From assembly GCF_001194135.2 (NCBI RefSeq), contig NC_068993.1, positions 64,805,753 to 64,869,752 on the forward strand: a DNA stretch of 64,000 nt, given 5' to 3'. The notes under the pieces were generated by a model. That model was not told the origin of the DNA. It did not search any database and saw nothing but the letters and a program-made list of their open reading frames with translations. A program made the position numbers and the translations under genes. This document shows positions 40,331-53,567 of this stretch, piece by piece. The stretch comes from Octopus bimaculoides. Its lineage: Eukaryota. Each line of letters starts with the position of its first letter. The stretch's first letter is position 1.

Positions 40331-40700
40331 AGCAAAAGTAAATATCCTTGTAATGAACCGGTGTCTCCTCCAGGAAAGCGAGCAGGATATACGCCGGGAA
40401 GTCTGGGAAATCGACCTTACGATTCTACAGGATAAAGGATCTTTATTCTTTTTATTCTTATGTAGAATACTGATTTCTCGCATTCATAGCATAAACCGAC
40501 GCATGAAAGTGAATAAAGTGTGTGTCTGTGTGTACGTGTGTGTGTGTGCCATTGTTTAGTTTTATTTCAAGATTTTTTGCCAATAGAGAAAGAGTCATTT
40601 TCTAAACTAGATCCACGGCTCCTTCATTGGAATTTCAACATCAACAGCTAGATATTTTTGTTTGTATGGTTTGTATGTATGTATGTATGTATGTATGTAT

Positions 40701-40856
40701 CTTTTTTTATTAATTATTATAAATCTTCCACTGAGGAAGGAGCCAGTTTCCAACAAAGATACAAGGCACTATCTTTGATACGTAGTTAACACAGACAAAT
40801 TCACATTTGGAACTTGAGAAAAGACTTGCATATTTTAACTGTTCCACTCACAGATT
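40701..40856 (-). mobile_element. (ATAC)n-tailed repeat, copy 2
   Basis: (tatg)n then taattattataaatcttccactgagg...gttccactcacagatt. Confidence 0.75.
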
Positions 40857-41091
40857 TGCCGGTCGATTTCTTTTTCTGAAAATCCCAGCTTATCCAGATT
40901 CTCCTTTAAGCATTTACTAACAAGACAGTGCCCCAATTATTATTGTAAAACTATTATTATTATTATTTGTTAAAATTTCTACATTTTTAGGCATTTTCCT
41001 ATTTTCACTTTTCTTTTCCTTCTGCAGTACTACAATACTTCAAGTGAATTACAACATTCCTAGAAGAAAAGATATTTATCTAGAATAATCT

Positions 41092-41302
41092 TTCTACTCT
41101 AGGCACAGGGCCCGAAATTTGATGGGGAGGTGGTCAGTCGATTAGATCGAACCCAGTGTTCAACCAGTACTTAATTTATCGACCCCGAAAGGATGACGGG
41201 CAAAATCGACCTCAGCGGAATTTGAACTCAGAACGTAAAGACAGACGAAACACCGCTAAGCACTTCGCCCGGCGTGCTAACCACTCTGCCAGCTCGGCGT
41301 CT
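41092..41302 (-). mobile_element. tRNA-derived SINE, family 1, near full length
   Basis: Reverse complement of the copy at 31745 with the tail ..gggccctgtgcctagagtagaaa. Confidence 0.88.
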
Positions 41303-41509
41303 TATTTATCTTGAATAATGTGTTGACTGTGTGTGTTTGTGTATGTACGTGAAATATTTGTGTGGATGTATGTGTTTGTACCTGTGATTCACATGTATGT
41401 GTGTGTGAGATTAGGTTCAAGTTCTCATAATATATGCTTGTGCATTTGCATCTATATGTAAATGGATTCAGAATAATGTGTATGAATATGATTATATTCA
41501 GGTCATATG

Positions 41510-41932
41510 TACGAGGTTTGATCATTACGTATACGGACTGGTACTATAAAAGCAAAACTACAACACGTACCAATTTGGCATTTAATCTCCTTCAAAGTAG
41601 TCCCCTTTGGAAGCCACATGCTTAATTTAGCGCTGCTTCCATTTATGGAAGCATTCCTGGAACTCGTTTTCTTGGATAACCAGCAGCTGCCTCGTCGCAT
41701 TTACTTTGATTTCCTCGACGTCCTAACAATTTCCTTTCAAGCCGGATTTGATTTTTGAGAAGAGGAAAAAGTCGCAAGGGGTAAGATCTGGGGAATGCTG
41801 TACCTAACCAAAACCCGCTGCACAAGCTGCGCTAAATGGGCAGGTGTGTTGTCATGGTGCAATTGCCACTCACGGGGCACATGCAGTTGCGGCCTTTTCC
41901 AATGAATAGCATAAAACGTCACGGTAGTACTC
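41510..41932 (-). mobile_element. Mariner 3' half with terminal TA-CGAGG end
   Basis: Minus strand reads KRPQLHVPREWQLHHDNTPAHLAQLVQRVL (HDNAPAH motif). tacgagg at 41510 is a mariner-type terminus. Confidence 0.85.
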
Positions 41933-41934
41933 CT

Positions 41935-43351
41935 TGGACACTGTCTAAGAATAGATGAACGGTTGGTGAGAGCTGTACAAGACATGTACAGGGAAGCTAT
42001 CGGTAAGGTGAAAGTTGGCAATGAGTAGAGCAAGGAATTTAGTTTACGGGTAAGAGTTCACCAGGGATTGGTTTCCAGCTCCCTCTTGTTTACCATAGTC
42101 CTCCAGGCCATAACAGAGGAATTTAAAACAGGATCCCTTGGGAGCTCATCTATGTTGATAACCTTGCTCAACTTACTGAATCATTGCCAGGAGTAGAGAA
42201 GAAATTTCAGGTGTAGAACCAAGGTCTGGAATCAAAAGGCTTTAGAGTTAATTTAGGAATAACCAAAATCCTAGTAAGTAGGAAAACAGACAAATCACTG
42301 ATCCCTTCAGTTCGATGGTCCTGTTCGATATGTAGAAATGGTGTTGGTAGAAACACCATATGGTGTATCCAGTGCAAGTGATGGATACATAAGTGGTGTT
42401 TGACAGTATCACTGGAAGGTTAATGGAGAAAGTAGTCTTTCTCTGTGAAAGATGTGCTACATATAAAACAATAGCAACGTACAGAAAATAGACTCCCTCC
42501 GCAAATATCCGGGGTGGTTCTTAGAAATCATAGATAGTTTCCATTACTTCGGTAACCAACTTAGCGGTGTAAGAGATACTTCTGAAAGCATAGCTGCTAG
42601 AATAAGAACAGGCTGGGCAAAGTCCAAAGTGATGCAACCTTTGTTGATAACAAAGGGCCTCTCCCTCAGAGTGAAAAGTAGATTGTATAATACCTGTGTA
42701 CGAACAGCTATGCTACATGGCAGTGAGATATGTGCTGTGACTACTGAGGACATGCAAAGGCTTGATGGGTAATATGCATGTACAACAGAATGTGATTTGA
42801 AAGAAAAATTGGGCATACGAGACATCAGATGCAGTGTGCAAGAGAGAAGATTGCACTGGTATGGTCATGTGATGTATGAGGACGAGGACAGCTGCATCAA
42901 GAAGTGCTGATCTCTAATTGTGGAGGAAATGTATGGAAGGTTTAGAGCCAGAAAGACGTGGGACGGAGCAGTGAGAAAGGATCTTCAGACATTGGGCTTC
43001 ACAGAAGAAATGTCTAGGGACCAAGACTTCTGGTGGCTTGTGCTTCAGAACACTCGTCAAGCTAAGTAAATTCGTGACTATCCATGCATGCAAGCATGTC
43101 CTCTACATCCCTCTCTCAGCCAAGGGATCCTACTCTTGCTGGTTCGTGAGTACTAATGCCACATAAAAGCATTCATGTTGGCACCATGTGAAAGCGTCCA
43201 TGCTGATGCTAGATTAAAAGAACTCTGTAAAGTGGTTTTGGCATATTACAAAGGATAACCAGACAAATGGATCCCAGGCAGCAGCATTCTAGCTGGCCAA
43301 CTCCTGTCAAACATCCAACCCATAACAGCATGGAGAACAGACGTTAAAAGT

Positions 43352-43388
<37 letters not shown>

Positions 43389-43390
43389 AT
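41935..43390 (+). mobile_element. RTE-clade LINE, decayed RT C-terminal half and 3' region
   Basis: DERLVRAVQDMYREAIGKVKVGNE..EF..RVHQG...LLFTIVLQAITEEFKTG..WELIY.DNL (YADD region), and later WYGHV and RARKTWD. A (GAT)n tract at ~43352-43388 may be the tail. Confidence 0.85.
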
Positions 43391-43479
43391 ATTTTATGTG
43401 TGTGCCTATATATCTGCTTATGATTTTTTTATTTTATAATGTTCAATTTTTTAATACAATCCCATTTTATATTTTCTAG

Positions 43480-43613
43480 AAATTCAAAGAAATCCAGCCA
43501 CTGCGCCTGGGTCATAGCTTCTGATGGCCCTGATGTTGTGAAATTATCAATAATTTACTCCAAACTATCAAAGAAAGAAGACTGTAGTGAAGAAAGTATA
43601 AGTGTTTATGATG
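43480..43613 (+). CDS. CUB exon, second exon of the cassette
   Basis: Acceptor ttttatattttctag|A and donor GATG|gtaagt. 134 nt, phase 2-1. Translates NSKKSSHCAWVIASDGPDVVKLSIIYSKLSKKEDCSEESISVYD(G); overlaps ORF 43439-43669. Confidence 0.9.
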
Positions 43614-45111
43614 GTAAGTCATCAACTGAACAAGAAGCAAATCTTCTGTATAATTCTGGAGATGGTTGACATCTCTAACAATGTCATCACATTCAAACAT
43701 TTAAGGACATCAGCTACAAAATAAAAGGTTTCTGTCCACAGTGTCCTCTTGCCACAGCTAGATACGCTCAGTATCTTTTCTATGTCAGCTTAAATACCAT
43801 AAAGACAAATTAATAGAGGTCAGTGGCAGGAATGTGCTACAAGACAATTCCAAAATCCTGTCCTTGTATACAGTGAACTGGCAAGAGTCATTGCAGCATT
43901 ACAATAAATATCTTCTGATACTAATTTCACCTCCTGGTATTCCAAGTTCAGATTTCACTGTGCTCAACATTATTTTTCAACTTTATGGGGTTCAAAAAGT
44001 ATTTGTCAAGACTGGTGTATTGTAGGATTATTTGAATGGAATGCTTTGTGGAATGGTATTCCAATTCTTTGCCTTCTGAGCTCAAATCCTACGGCATCCT
44101 ACTTGAATGCTACATTTAATCCACCTCCCAGTTGAGCATCAACTTTTGGTTCTCAAGTGACTCCATTGTTGCAATCATTCAGGTCAAGCCTCCTGTCTGA
44201 AGGTTCCTTTCCCTCCTGTCAGTTTCAAAGACTCTGAACATGGCCATTCACTCTATCCTTAATCTGACTAAGCAATAAAAAAAAAATAATGATTTACCAA
44301 AATATTATATCATTGACAGTAGAGAAGAGGGTCTTGTTTAAAGGATTCACTTGATTGAGTTGTCTATAAATGAAGAATGTGTGAAGTAATGGGGTAACAT
44401 CTAAATGGTCCCTTGTCATTTTAGAGAAAGTCAGATCCCCTTCAAATTGCACCTGACAGGGTGAATAATTGAAAGGTAGACTGGATAATGTGGTCCTACA
44501 CTGCCCAAACAAAAATTCAATATGTCTGACCATGAATTAAAGACTTATGTCTCTTCTTTAGACAAGCCAACATTGCAATCTCTCCATGATGGTTCAACCT
44601 GCTAGAAAGATCTTATAGTTGTAGTAAAGGACATGTTAGTTGACATAGTCTTGAGTTCTCAGCATATATGAAAATGACTGGATGGTCATGGATGGAAAGC
44701 TTTTGATCATAGGCCTGCTTGATCTGACCTCATTTAAGACAAACCAATAACAACGAAGAAAAAGTTGGTTGGCTGTGAACAAAATTCTTGTTCAGAATAC
44801 AAATGCTTAAAAATTTTCATAACTTGAAATAATGAATTTTGTTATGAATTTTTCTCAATACAAAACATAATTTTTACCAATTTTACCATCTTCATTATTT
44901 TAAAACAGTAAGGAATTTGTGTTTGTGACACATGGCAAAAGTTAAATCTCTGCAGATGTTAACAAAAATACAAAATTTTAAAAAAAGGTGAAAATTTAAA
45001 CATTTACCAGAACATACAAATGTGTGAGAAAAAAAATATATATATATGTACGTATACATGTATGTATGTATGTATGTATGTATGTATGGGTGTATGTATG
45101 TATGTAAGTAA

Positions 45112-45271
45112 GTCTCTTCTATTTTTTAATTATTATAAATTTTCCACTGAGGAGGGAGCCGGTTTCCAACAAAGATACAAGTCTCCATCTTTGGGATGAA
45201 GTTAACACAGACAAATTCACATTTGGAACTTGAGAAAAGTCTTGCATATTTTTACTGTTCCACTCACAGAT
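45112..45271 (-). mobile_element. (ATAC)n-tailed repeat, copy 3
   Basis: Closely similar to 40701-40856 by eye, with the same endpoint ...gttccactcacagatt. Confidence 0.75.
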
Positions 45272-45459
45272 TGCACTTGTAATCTACGAATCAGCCAGTC
45301 AATGTATGTATGTATATATGTGTATGCATGCATGCATGCATGTATGTATGTACGTGTGTATGTATGTGTGCATGTATGTATGTATGCATACAAGCATCCA
45401 TATATGTATATCATTAAGGTTTTCTACTGTACAAAAATAAATATTTTTGCTCTTTTCAG

Positions 45460-45609
45460 GTGATTTAGTACCAAACCGCTTTCTCGGAATGTCCTGTGGA
45501 GAGGCAAAACCATCATATACATCAACAGGGAAAAAGCTAATGGTTATATTCTCTTCAAAGAGCTCAAATGGAAGTCACGGCTTCTTAGGATCCTATTATT
45601 CTGTTCCAA
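45460..45609 (+). CDS. CUB exon, third exon of the cassette
   Basis: Acceptor tttgctcttttcag|GT and donor CCAA|gtaagt. 150 nt, phase 1-1. Translates (G)DLVPNRFLGMSCGEAKPSYTSTGKKLMVIFSSKSSNGSHGFLGSYYSVP. Confidence 0.9.
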
Positions 45610-46345
45610 GTAAGTTTATATCGGCTTACTTTCTGCAATGATGGTCCTTGACTGTGAATCTAATTACAAATGTTTATTATTTGACAATAAATATACTCTG
45701 AATCAAAGTACATCTGTACACTTGCATTTGTACACCTGCCTGCAGTTTTGTGGAGCCACAGTCAATAAAATGCAATTAACTAATTAAAAAAAATACATTA
45801 TTACATTACTCTAAACATCAATGTGAGTAGCATTATTGACACTGGCATTTAGCTGTGCATTTTAGTTTGTCTGACACTAGTTGTGAATACAAGTAGTCAA
45901 ATACGATGGTTTAATTTTGCCTCAAAGCATGTCTCACACTGGTGCTGCCAAGAAAGTGAGAAATTGTGCTTATTTCGACTTCGGGTTATGGCTGATACTA
46001 AGGTTTAAATGTGTTTCAAATAGGTTTTACTCTGGGATTTATTAATGCCTCCAAGTATGCAAGACATTAATGTGTATTTGTCCCTAAAAGTATGTAAGAG
46101 TGTATTTCTAGGTTGTTCATGTTTAGTTTCTTCAATAAGGGCACAAGTTTTTCATGGTTTACCACCAAAAATGCACGTTTGGACTCACCAAATTTCATTC
46201 TAATGTCTTTAAAGAATTAGGCTATTTCATACAAACACACACACACAACATAAGCACACTCATACGAACTCATTCAGACACATGAACACAAACTTTCTCT
46301 CTCTTTCACTCTTTCTTTCTTTTTCTCTCTCTTTCTCTCCTGCTT

Positions 46346-46427
<82 letters not shown>

Positions 46428-47059
46428 CTACAAACATTCACATGCACAAACATATCCTGTCACATAGTTTTAAGTCAGTTCCTATGGAAACAATCAATTA
46501 CAACTTCTGCTATGTCAGCAATGTTCATTTCTGATTGGTCAAGATTACATAAGTTTAGGGTCTTGTTACTTTCCCATTAATACTTTCTTGAGAAAATTAA
46601 TGTGATCTTTGTCATCATCATGCAAATCTACTTAAGTTTAGAAAATTTGAGATAATTCTAGGGACTGGAAAGAATTTAAAAAGCTTCAATCTCTATTGAT
46701 AAAAGAGATTTTTTAACCAGTGTCCTGTAATAAGATCTGGGCTTTGGGATGTCCTGCGTAGCAATTATTCATTACTCCTTCGAGCAGTGCACAGTTGATT
46801 TGATCAACACACCTGTGGCATCTCTCTTCAAACTCATGTTTCCTTTGATTGGGGTTTTTTCCCTCACTCTTTCTTTCTAACAGGCTCATTATTTTATTGT
46901 GACTGGAGTTTGCTCCCACAACTAATGGTGTTGTTGTTGTTGTTGCTGGATGTTCTGTGATGGTAAGTGTGGGAGAAGCAGATTGACTACTACTGCTGCT
47001 GCTGATGATGATGATGATGACCATCATTGACCTTGATGTTATAGCTGAATGTTGTCTGT

Positions 47060-49830
47060 TTGGTGGTGTTCCCATTCGTTGAGTGTAATGATTGACTTAT
47101 TAGTTTGCATATAATTCCTTGTCTGTTTAGATCTTTTGCACTTAAGTTTAATTCTGGACGTTTGATGTACCACAGACTTTTCAGCCTTTGCGTAAATCCC
47201 GTGCTTTAGGCTCAGCTTCCAAGCATAATTCATATACTTGTTTATTTATTTCATAATCCTATATTGTGCATATTGCCGTGATTACGATGAAGAAGACTAG
47301 TATGTTTAGCCATGAAGACTTGTGTCTTTTTACTTTCAATTTTCATTTAAAATTAAATAAGATGCTGTTCTTCAAAAGTTCTGACACATTTCTGCTGATT
47401 TCATCAAGTGTCCAGTCTAATATCCCAAATGTTGGTACTAGCACAAGCACTGCAGCAGTATTATGAAGTATGGTCTTATTGAATGCAAATAACTCCTGAG
47501 TTCCATATTTCCTGGAGTCTGCTGAAGTATTCTTTTGTTATTATGGCTTTACTCACAGCTTATACAATATTTTCATCAATATTGAGATATTAATAAAATA
47601 TTCATCATTGAAGACAAGGGAGATAGACAAGCCATTGATGTTCATGCTGTCTGGTCAATAATCTCTCCTCAGTTGACTATCATGTGTGAGCATTCATTTT
47701 GACCAAACTCTGTTTCTTTTTTTCCTGTGAGAATGTTGTGACAAGTTTTAATTGTTTCTTGTTGTTCATGCTACCAGTAGGCCATTAACCAAAAATGTGT
47801 GGGTGAAATTAGTTTTATTCTTTTCTGCCCATCCTAATGTGAAGCCTTGGTACTTCCGCAACAATACTGCCAGGGGCTGACAAGGGGTTTCACTCTAACA
47901 ACATTAGAGATAAACTTGGAATGCTCCCATTGAATAGCATTTGTAACAGTATTGCTTTGGTTGTTAAGGATAACTGTGTTGTGGTCAATCTTTCAATAGC
48001 ATTAACCATAGTAGCTGCTGCTTTGGGAAGATGTAGTGATTCTTGCATCTATGAACAAGGGACAGTTAAATATTTCTCCGAGTGTAGCCATATTGTTAGA
48101 CGGTTACAATGATAGTTCCTTAAGGTTAGCTTTGTTGATAAGATGCAGTTCAGCACAGCCCCAGACTCCCTTTTTCCTCCTGCCTGTTCATTGCTTATTA
48201 TTCCATTTGTTTGGCAATGATCTTAAAGAAACACATTCAAACAACCTGTGTATACTTTGTCCGTAAGATTCAAGATGTTACGGGCCAGTAGTGTTTGACC
48301 ACATGGGTCTCTCTCTCTTCATGGATTCAGATGTAATCTGTGCAACTGTCAACCAATTTAATTCAGTGTCCATTGTTTTTAACAGAGTTGTGAGAATTAT
48401 TCTGGAGAGTGAGTTTTTTTCTACCAGTAGCATAATATCCGGTTTCTTCTAGGCGATTCTCCATTTGAAAGTTTCATAATGACAGTTAAGAGTGTTTCAC
48501 TGGTGTTGTTATACATTTTGGGAAAGGCATTTACACAATACCCACTTTGTAGGTTGTTTAACCATGCTGTATCGCAAATGTGTTCTTTGTTTATATTCCA
48601 CATTCCCCACCTCAGTGACTCTAGGTTCTCTTTGGGAGGATCATTTACTACCTTGATGGTATACCTTGATGGTATACCTTGATGGTATACCTTGATGGTA
48701 TACCTTGATGGTATAGCCTTTCATATTTCAATACACAGCATTTACAGGATAGGCTGGATTTCAGGCAACTTGCAGTTTATTGTTTTGCATCTATTGTAAA
48801 TTTTTAACATAATGAAGCTTTTCACTTACTTTTCATAGGTTGTATTTGAGGACATTCTGTTTGCTTGTGAGTGTTTCTTGGTGGTAATTATCAAACAATT
48901 TGGAGAATCTATCATGCAGTCATAACTGGCAGTTCTTGAATTCACTTTTCACTTCCCATTTGATGAGTTTCCACCTGTACAATTTATTTCCCAACTCTGT
49001 TGATGTTGTTTTAGAGCAAATATATCTATTTTTGCTCTGTATTATGTTTTGGATCATGTCTTTTATTCTCATCTTTTGGCTCACAGTTACTACTGCACAA
49101 TATAGTAGAACACTTATTATCCAAAAACTGGGAATTTGAATTTTAGTTGCTCCCTCGCAATTTCCCCACTCATGGATAACATCAGATTGGTGAGGATTTT
49201 TCCTCAACACTTGTCAGGATCATTCTTTTATACAGTGCTTTATGCATGTAAATAGTGAAGTTCTGTTTAGAACTCTATGCAAGCTGCAATTTTAATTTTC
49301 GTATTCCTCACTTCTGTTTTCGGAGAATATGAGCAACTGCCGCTTGTCCATTTAATGGTGGTGCTTTGTCATTGCTGCCATGCTTGTCTTGATCTTACTT
49401 CTTGCCATTCACGTCTTGATCTTACTTCTTGCCATTCACAGTCGCTTCATGGACAAAGTTTATTATGTTGTCAGTACAAGTATTATCATTTTGGATAAGT
49501 GATTACATTTGGTAAAGTGGTGCATTTCTTTTCAACAAATGAAGCTTCTTGGCATAATTGTCTCTCTGCAAACTTTGAGAATATTAAGCATTTTTTATCC
49601 CAATATTCTTTTAGTCTCTTCATGTAGCTTGTTGATGGATCTTCCCTGACCTTTCTATAGAACTGGTATTGGTCTTGGTTCAGTTCGAAAAAGTCTACTG
49701 GAATTTCTCACGATAGATCCATGATCTGCAATAGCTGACTCCTGATACTTGTCTTGCTATGGTAATATGTAGTAGTAATTTGCCACATGGTATGTATTAA
49801 CTTAATTTCGCTGTTCGATTACTGCTACGA
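47060..49830 (-). mobile_element. Decayed RLE-type non-LTR retrotransposon (R4/Dong-like), N-terminus and RT
   Basis: Minus-strand fragments SYMKRLKEYWDKK, KLSNGESPRRNRI (KLxNWKSPGxDxI), EQAGGK..GCAELHLINK and IWLHSEKYLTVP (WLDYxKAFDSVP), with many stops and frameshifts. Confidence 0.7.
48651..48715 (+). repeat. 13-bp tandem repeat x5
   Basis: (ccttgatggtata)5, exact. Confidence 0.95.
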
Positions 49831-50117
49831 TCTTTTCTTCCAAAATGTTGTTTCGTTGCATTTATTCAAAGGTAAATAGTATTCTTTATCTGAGAGAATA
49901 TAAAGATCGCCTTACCATCATGCCTGTATTCAACGCCATGATATGTAGTATGTACGCATGCATGTGTGTGTGTGTGTGTGTGTGTGCATACATACATGTA
50001 TGTATATGTGCAGTTTTGTATGTTTGGTTTTATGTGTGTATTTTCCAGAGGTTTATTGATTAAGTATTAAGCATGTGTAGACATACTCATACTTAAACAA
50101 TAAACTTCTGGAAAGTT

Positions 50118-50425
50118 TTACAGATTTTTACAATTCCAGTGATGTTTTTGAATTAGCTTTCTCCTTTCTGGTTTTCTGAAGCCTAATTTCTCTAGATTGG
50201 TATTTATGCAGTGTATTACATATCCCAGTACTCCAATAATTACAGGTATAAACCTGAACTTGTTATCTGGATAGAATAACTGCAGATTTCTCAATAGTTC
50301 AGAGTAGGTATTCTCTGTTTTGCTGATCTTTAGCTTTATGTTAACATCCGCTGGGCAGCTAATTTCCACAACTCCGCACAGTTTCTCTTTTCTATCCCAA
50401 ATCATTATATCAGGTCTATTGTGTT
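50118..50425 (-). mobile_element. Restriction-like endonuclease (RLE) domain fragment of a non-LTR retrotransposon
   Basis: HNRPDIMIWDRKEKLCGVVEISCPADVNIKLKISKTENTYSELL...FIPVIIGVLG shows the PD-(D/E)xK RLE motif. Confidence 0.85.
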
Positions 50426-51824
50426 TGCATTTTATTGTTGCATGTATGTATGTATGTGTGTATGTATGCATGTATATGTGTGTGTGTGTGTGTGTGTATT
50501 TGCATGTATGTCTGCAAAGCAAGTGTACACCACCAGTCAACTTACCCACAATTTCACAAATTTTAACACCAAATATTGTAAATAATAACATGGTTACTTA
50601 CTAACTAGAAATAAAAGAGTTGATCTGGGACTAAATAGCTACAACAACAATTTGGAATATATATTTTTTTTTAGTTGTTTCAATCTATATGCTATAGCCA
50701 TGCCAATGTAGTAGAAATGAGATGGAGTTATGTTATATTGGAAAGATATTGTTTCAATATAAAATACTACAAGGTATATTATGAGGTCAATTCAGTAGAT
50801 CTCTCTTTCAAAAATTACCTGAACTACAAAAGCTCAACATATTAGTTTGCAAAATGGATGACAATTTCACAAATACATATATCTTTTATATTATCCTCAG
50901 AATCAGGCTATGATATGGCTTGACATTTGAAATACAGGTGCAACAATATCCACTGGGCCTTCCAAATGTTTCCATAAGCCTGGTTTCATTGACTCAACTC
51001 AAAGCAAATTGAAAATGACATTTGCTCATGATGCCATGCAAATGGATCAAATTTTGTGATTGGAAAGTGATCTCTTTAACCATTTGGCCATACTGGAATG
51101 ATGTACACTAAATTGGCATCTAACTGTATTATTCGGTGAAACTGACAGCTTAGAGCAGTCGGTTGTTGGTGGTGCTCTTTCCTGCTATTGCTGTTATTTT
51201 TGTTGTTAATGTTACTGTTATATGGTGTGATGTGATACAATGGCAAAAAGATGTCATTTGAGATATTAAGTTGTTGTTTCATATGGATGTGGTACATATT
51301 AAAAATATATCTGATAATAAAGTAAAACAGAATGTGCTATTGATTTTGATACATTGATAGAAATAAAAGTATTACATTATATAAAATAGAGAAAAGGAAA
51401 TAACTAATTTCATTAGATATATGAAACTAACACAGAAATATCTATCTATATCTATCTATNNNNNNNNNNNNNNNNNNNNNNNNNNNNNNNNNNNNNNNNN
51501 NNNNNNNNNNNNNNNNNNNNNNNNNNNNNNNNNNNNNNNNNNNNNNNNNNNNNNNNNNNNNNNNNNNNNNNNNNNNNNNNNNNNNNNNNNNNNNNNNNNN
51601 NNNNNNNNNNNNNNNNNNNNNNNNNNNNNNNNNNNNNNNNNNNNNNNNNNNNNNNNNAGAGAGAGAAAACGAAAGTGTGTAATGAACTAATATCTGATAC
51701 AATATTATTCTTTGATGCAATATAATGACAGTGATGGTGTTTTGTGCAGTTATTGCACCAAAGCTAGCAAAGATGATTTGTACTTTGCTATTGCAAGCTG
51801 TAAGACTATATTACTGCTTTACAG

Positions 51825-51876
51825 GATGTTTGTCTGCACTATATGACTATTATAACACTAAAAACTACCTAGAAAA
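51825..51876 (+). CDS. Weak candidate for the missing first-type CUB exon
   Basis: ctgctttacag|GA...GAAAA|gtaaaa. 52 nt with the required phase 1-2, giving (R)CLSALYDYYNTKNYLE(N). It shares C...TKNY with the paralogous exons but lacks SPxFP and has a weak donor. Confidence 0.15.
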
Positions 51877-53456
51877 GTAAAAGAAGAATTATGTTCAGCA
51901 ATAAAAACAAATAAGAATGTTATTCTATGTACGCTGAACGTTTGACAAAATATTGGTTGATAAATGTCACAAGCACCATTGATTTATATGACCTCTTAAA
52001 CTCAAAGTTCAGATACTTATTTCTTTTGACTCTGCATAACGTGAAGAAATTATTATAATAAGATTGACCAAAGACAGGAATTAGTTTTATGTGGATGTAT
52101 GAATGAGAGAGAGTTAAATCATTCTAGTTTGTCATTATAACTGCTTGTGTTTGGAGGTAATACATACATTTATGCTTACATACATACACAATATATATAT
52201 ATATATATANNNNNNNNNNNNNNNNNNNNNNNNNNNNNNNNNNNNNNNNNNNNNNNNNNNNNNNNNNNNNNNNNNNNNNNNNNNNNNNNNNNNNNNNNNN
52301 NNNNNNNNNNNNNNNNNNNNNNNNNNNNNNNNNNNNNNNNNNNNNNNNNNNNNNNNNNNNNNNNNNNNNNNNNNNNNNNNNNNNNNNNNNNNNNNNNNNN
52401 NNNNNNNNNNNNNNNNNNNNNNNNNNNNNNNNNNNNNNNNNNNNNNNNNNNNNNNNNNNNNNNNNNNNNNNNNNNNNNNNNNNNNNNNNNNNNNNNNNNN
52501 NNNNNNNNNNNNNNNNNNNNNNNNNNNNNNNNNNNNNNNNNNNNNNNNNNNNNNNNNNNNNNNNNNNNNNNNNNNNNNNNNNNNNNNNNNNNNNNNNNNN
52601 NNNNNNNNNNNNNNNNNNNNNNNNNNNNNNNNNNNNNNNNNNNNNNNNNNNNNNNNNNNNNNNNNNNNNNNNNNNNNNNNNNNNNNNNNNNNNNNNNNNN
52701 NNNNNNNNNNNNNNNNNNNNNNNNNNNNNNNNNNNNNNNNNNNNNNNNNNNNNNNNNNNNNNNNNNNNNNNNNNNNNNNNNNNNNNNNNNNNNNNNNNNN
52801 NNNNNNNNNNNNNNNNNNNNNNNNNNNNNNNNNNNNNNNNNNNNNNNNNNNNNNNNNNNNNNNNNNNNNNNNNNNNNNNNNNNNNNNNNNNNNNNNNNNN
52901 NNNNNNNNNNNNNNNNNNNNNNNNNNNNNNNNNNNNNNNNNNNNNNNNNNNNNNNNNNNNNNNNNNNNNNNNNNNNNGGCTAGAGTTGAAGTGCTCAGCA
53001 TGAGCTAGAATTCATCTTATAGTAAAAATAGATACATAAGGGTGGAAAATCACAGGAATAATACCATATGTCCAACGCAAGATACAATATGTGTGTTCAA
53101 TTCCTTCAAGAATCAATAAATGAATTTATAGTATTCAGTCTCTAAAGTGTCTAAAAGGTACGGTAAAAAGACAAGCAAATACAACAATAAAAACTTTAGA
53201 AATATGAATGTTCAAAATATTTATTAAAAAAAATATTTATAAATATGCATGATTTCTAAGTTGTATAAAAATATGACAATTAAAGTTAAAACATTACGAT
53301 GTGTAAACGTACATTATGATATAACATATAATGGGTAAATATATATTTACCCATTCACTACAGCTGTTTCCAACAAATTATTAATTGATTAATGGAAACA
53401 TTACAGCATTAGAAGAAACCGTTTTCATCAGCTAAATACATGAGCCACAACATTTC

Positions 53457-53567
53457 GAAACATTCAAAAGCCAACGGCATGATTCTACAAGCCTTGCGTT
53501 TTTACGGCCTTGTAAAGGCTTGCATAGAATCATGAAGGTGCCTATGCCGTTGTTTTTTGAATGTTTC
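53457..53567. repeat. ~110 bp nested inverted repeat
   Basis: gaaacattcaaaagccaacggcat pairs with atgccgttgttttttgaatgtttc. Inner catgattctacaagcctt pairs with aaggcttgcatagaatcatg. Confidence 0.85.
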
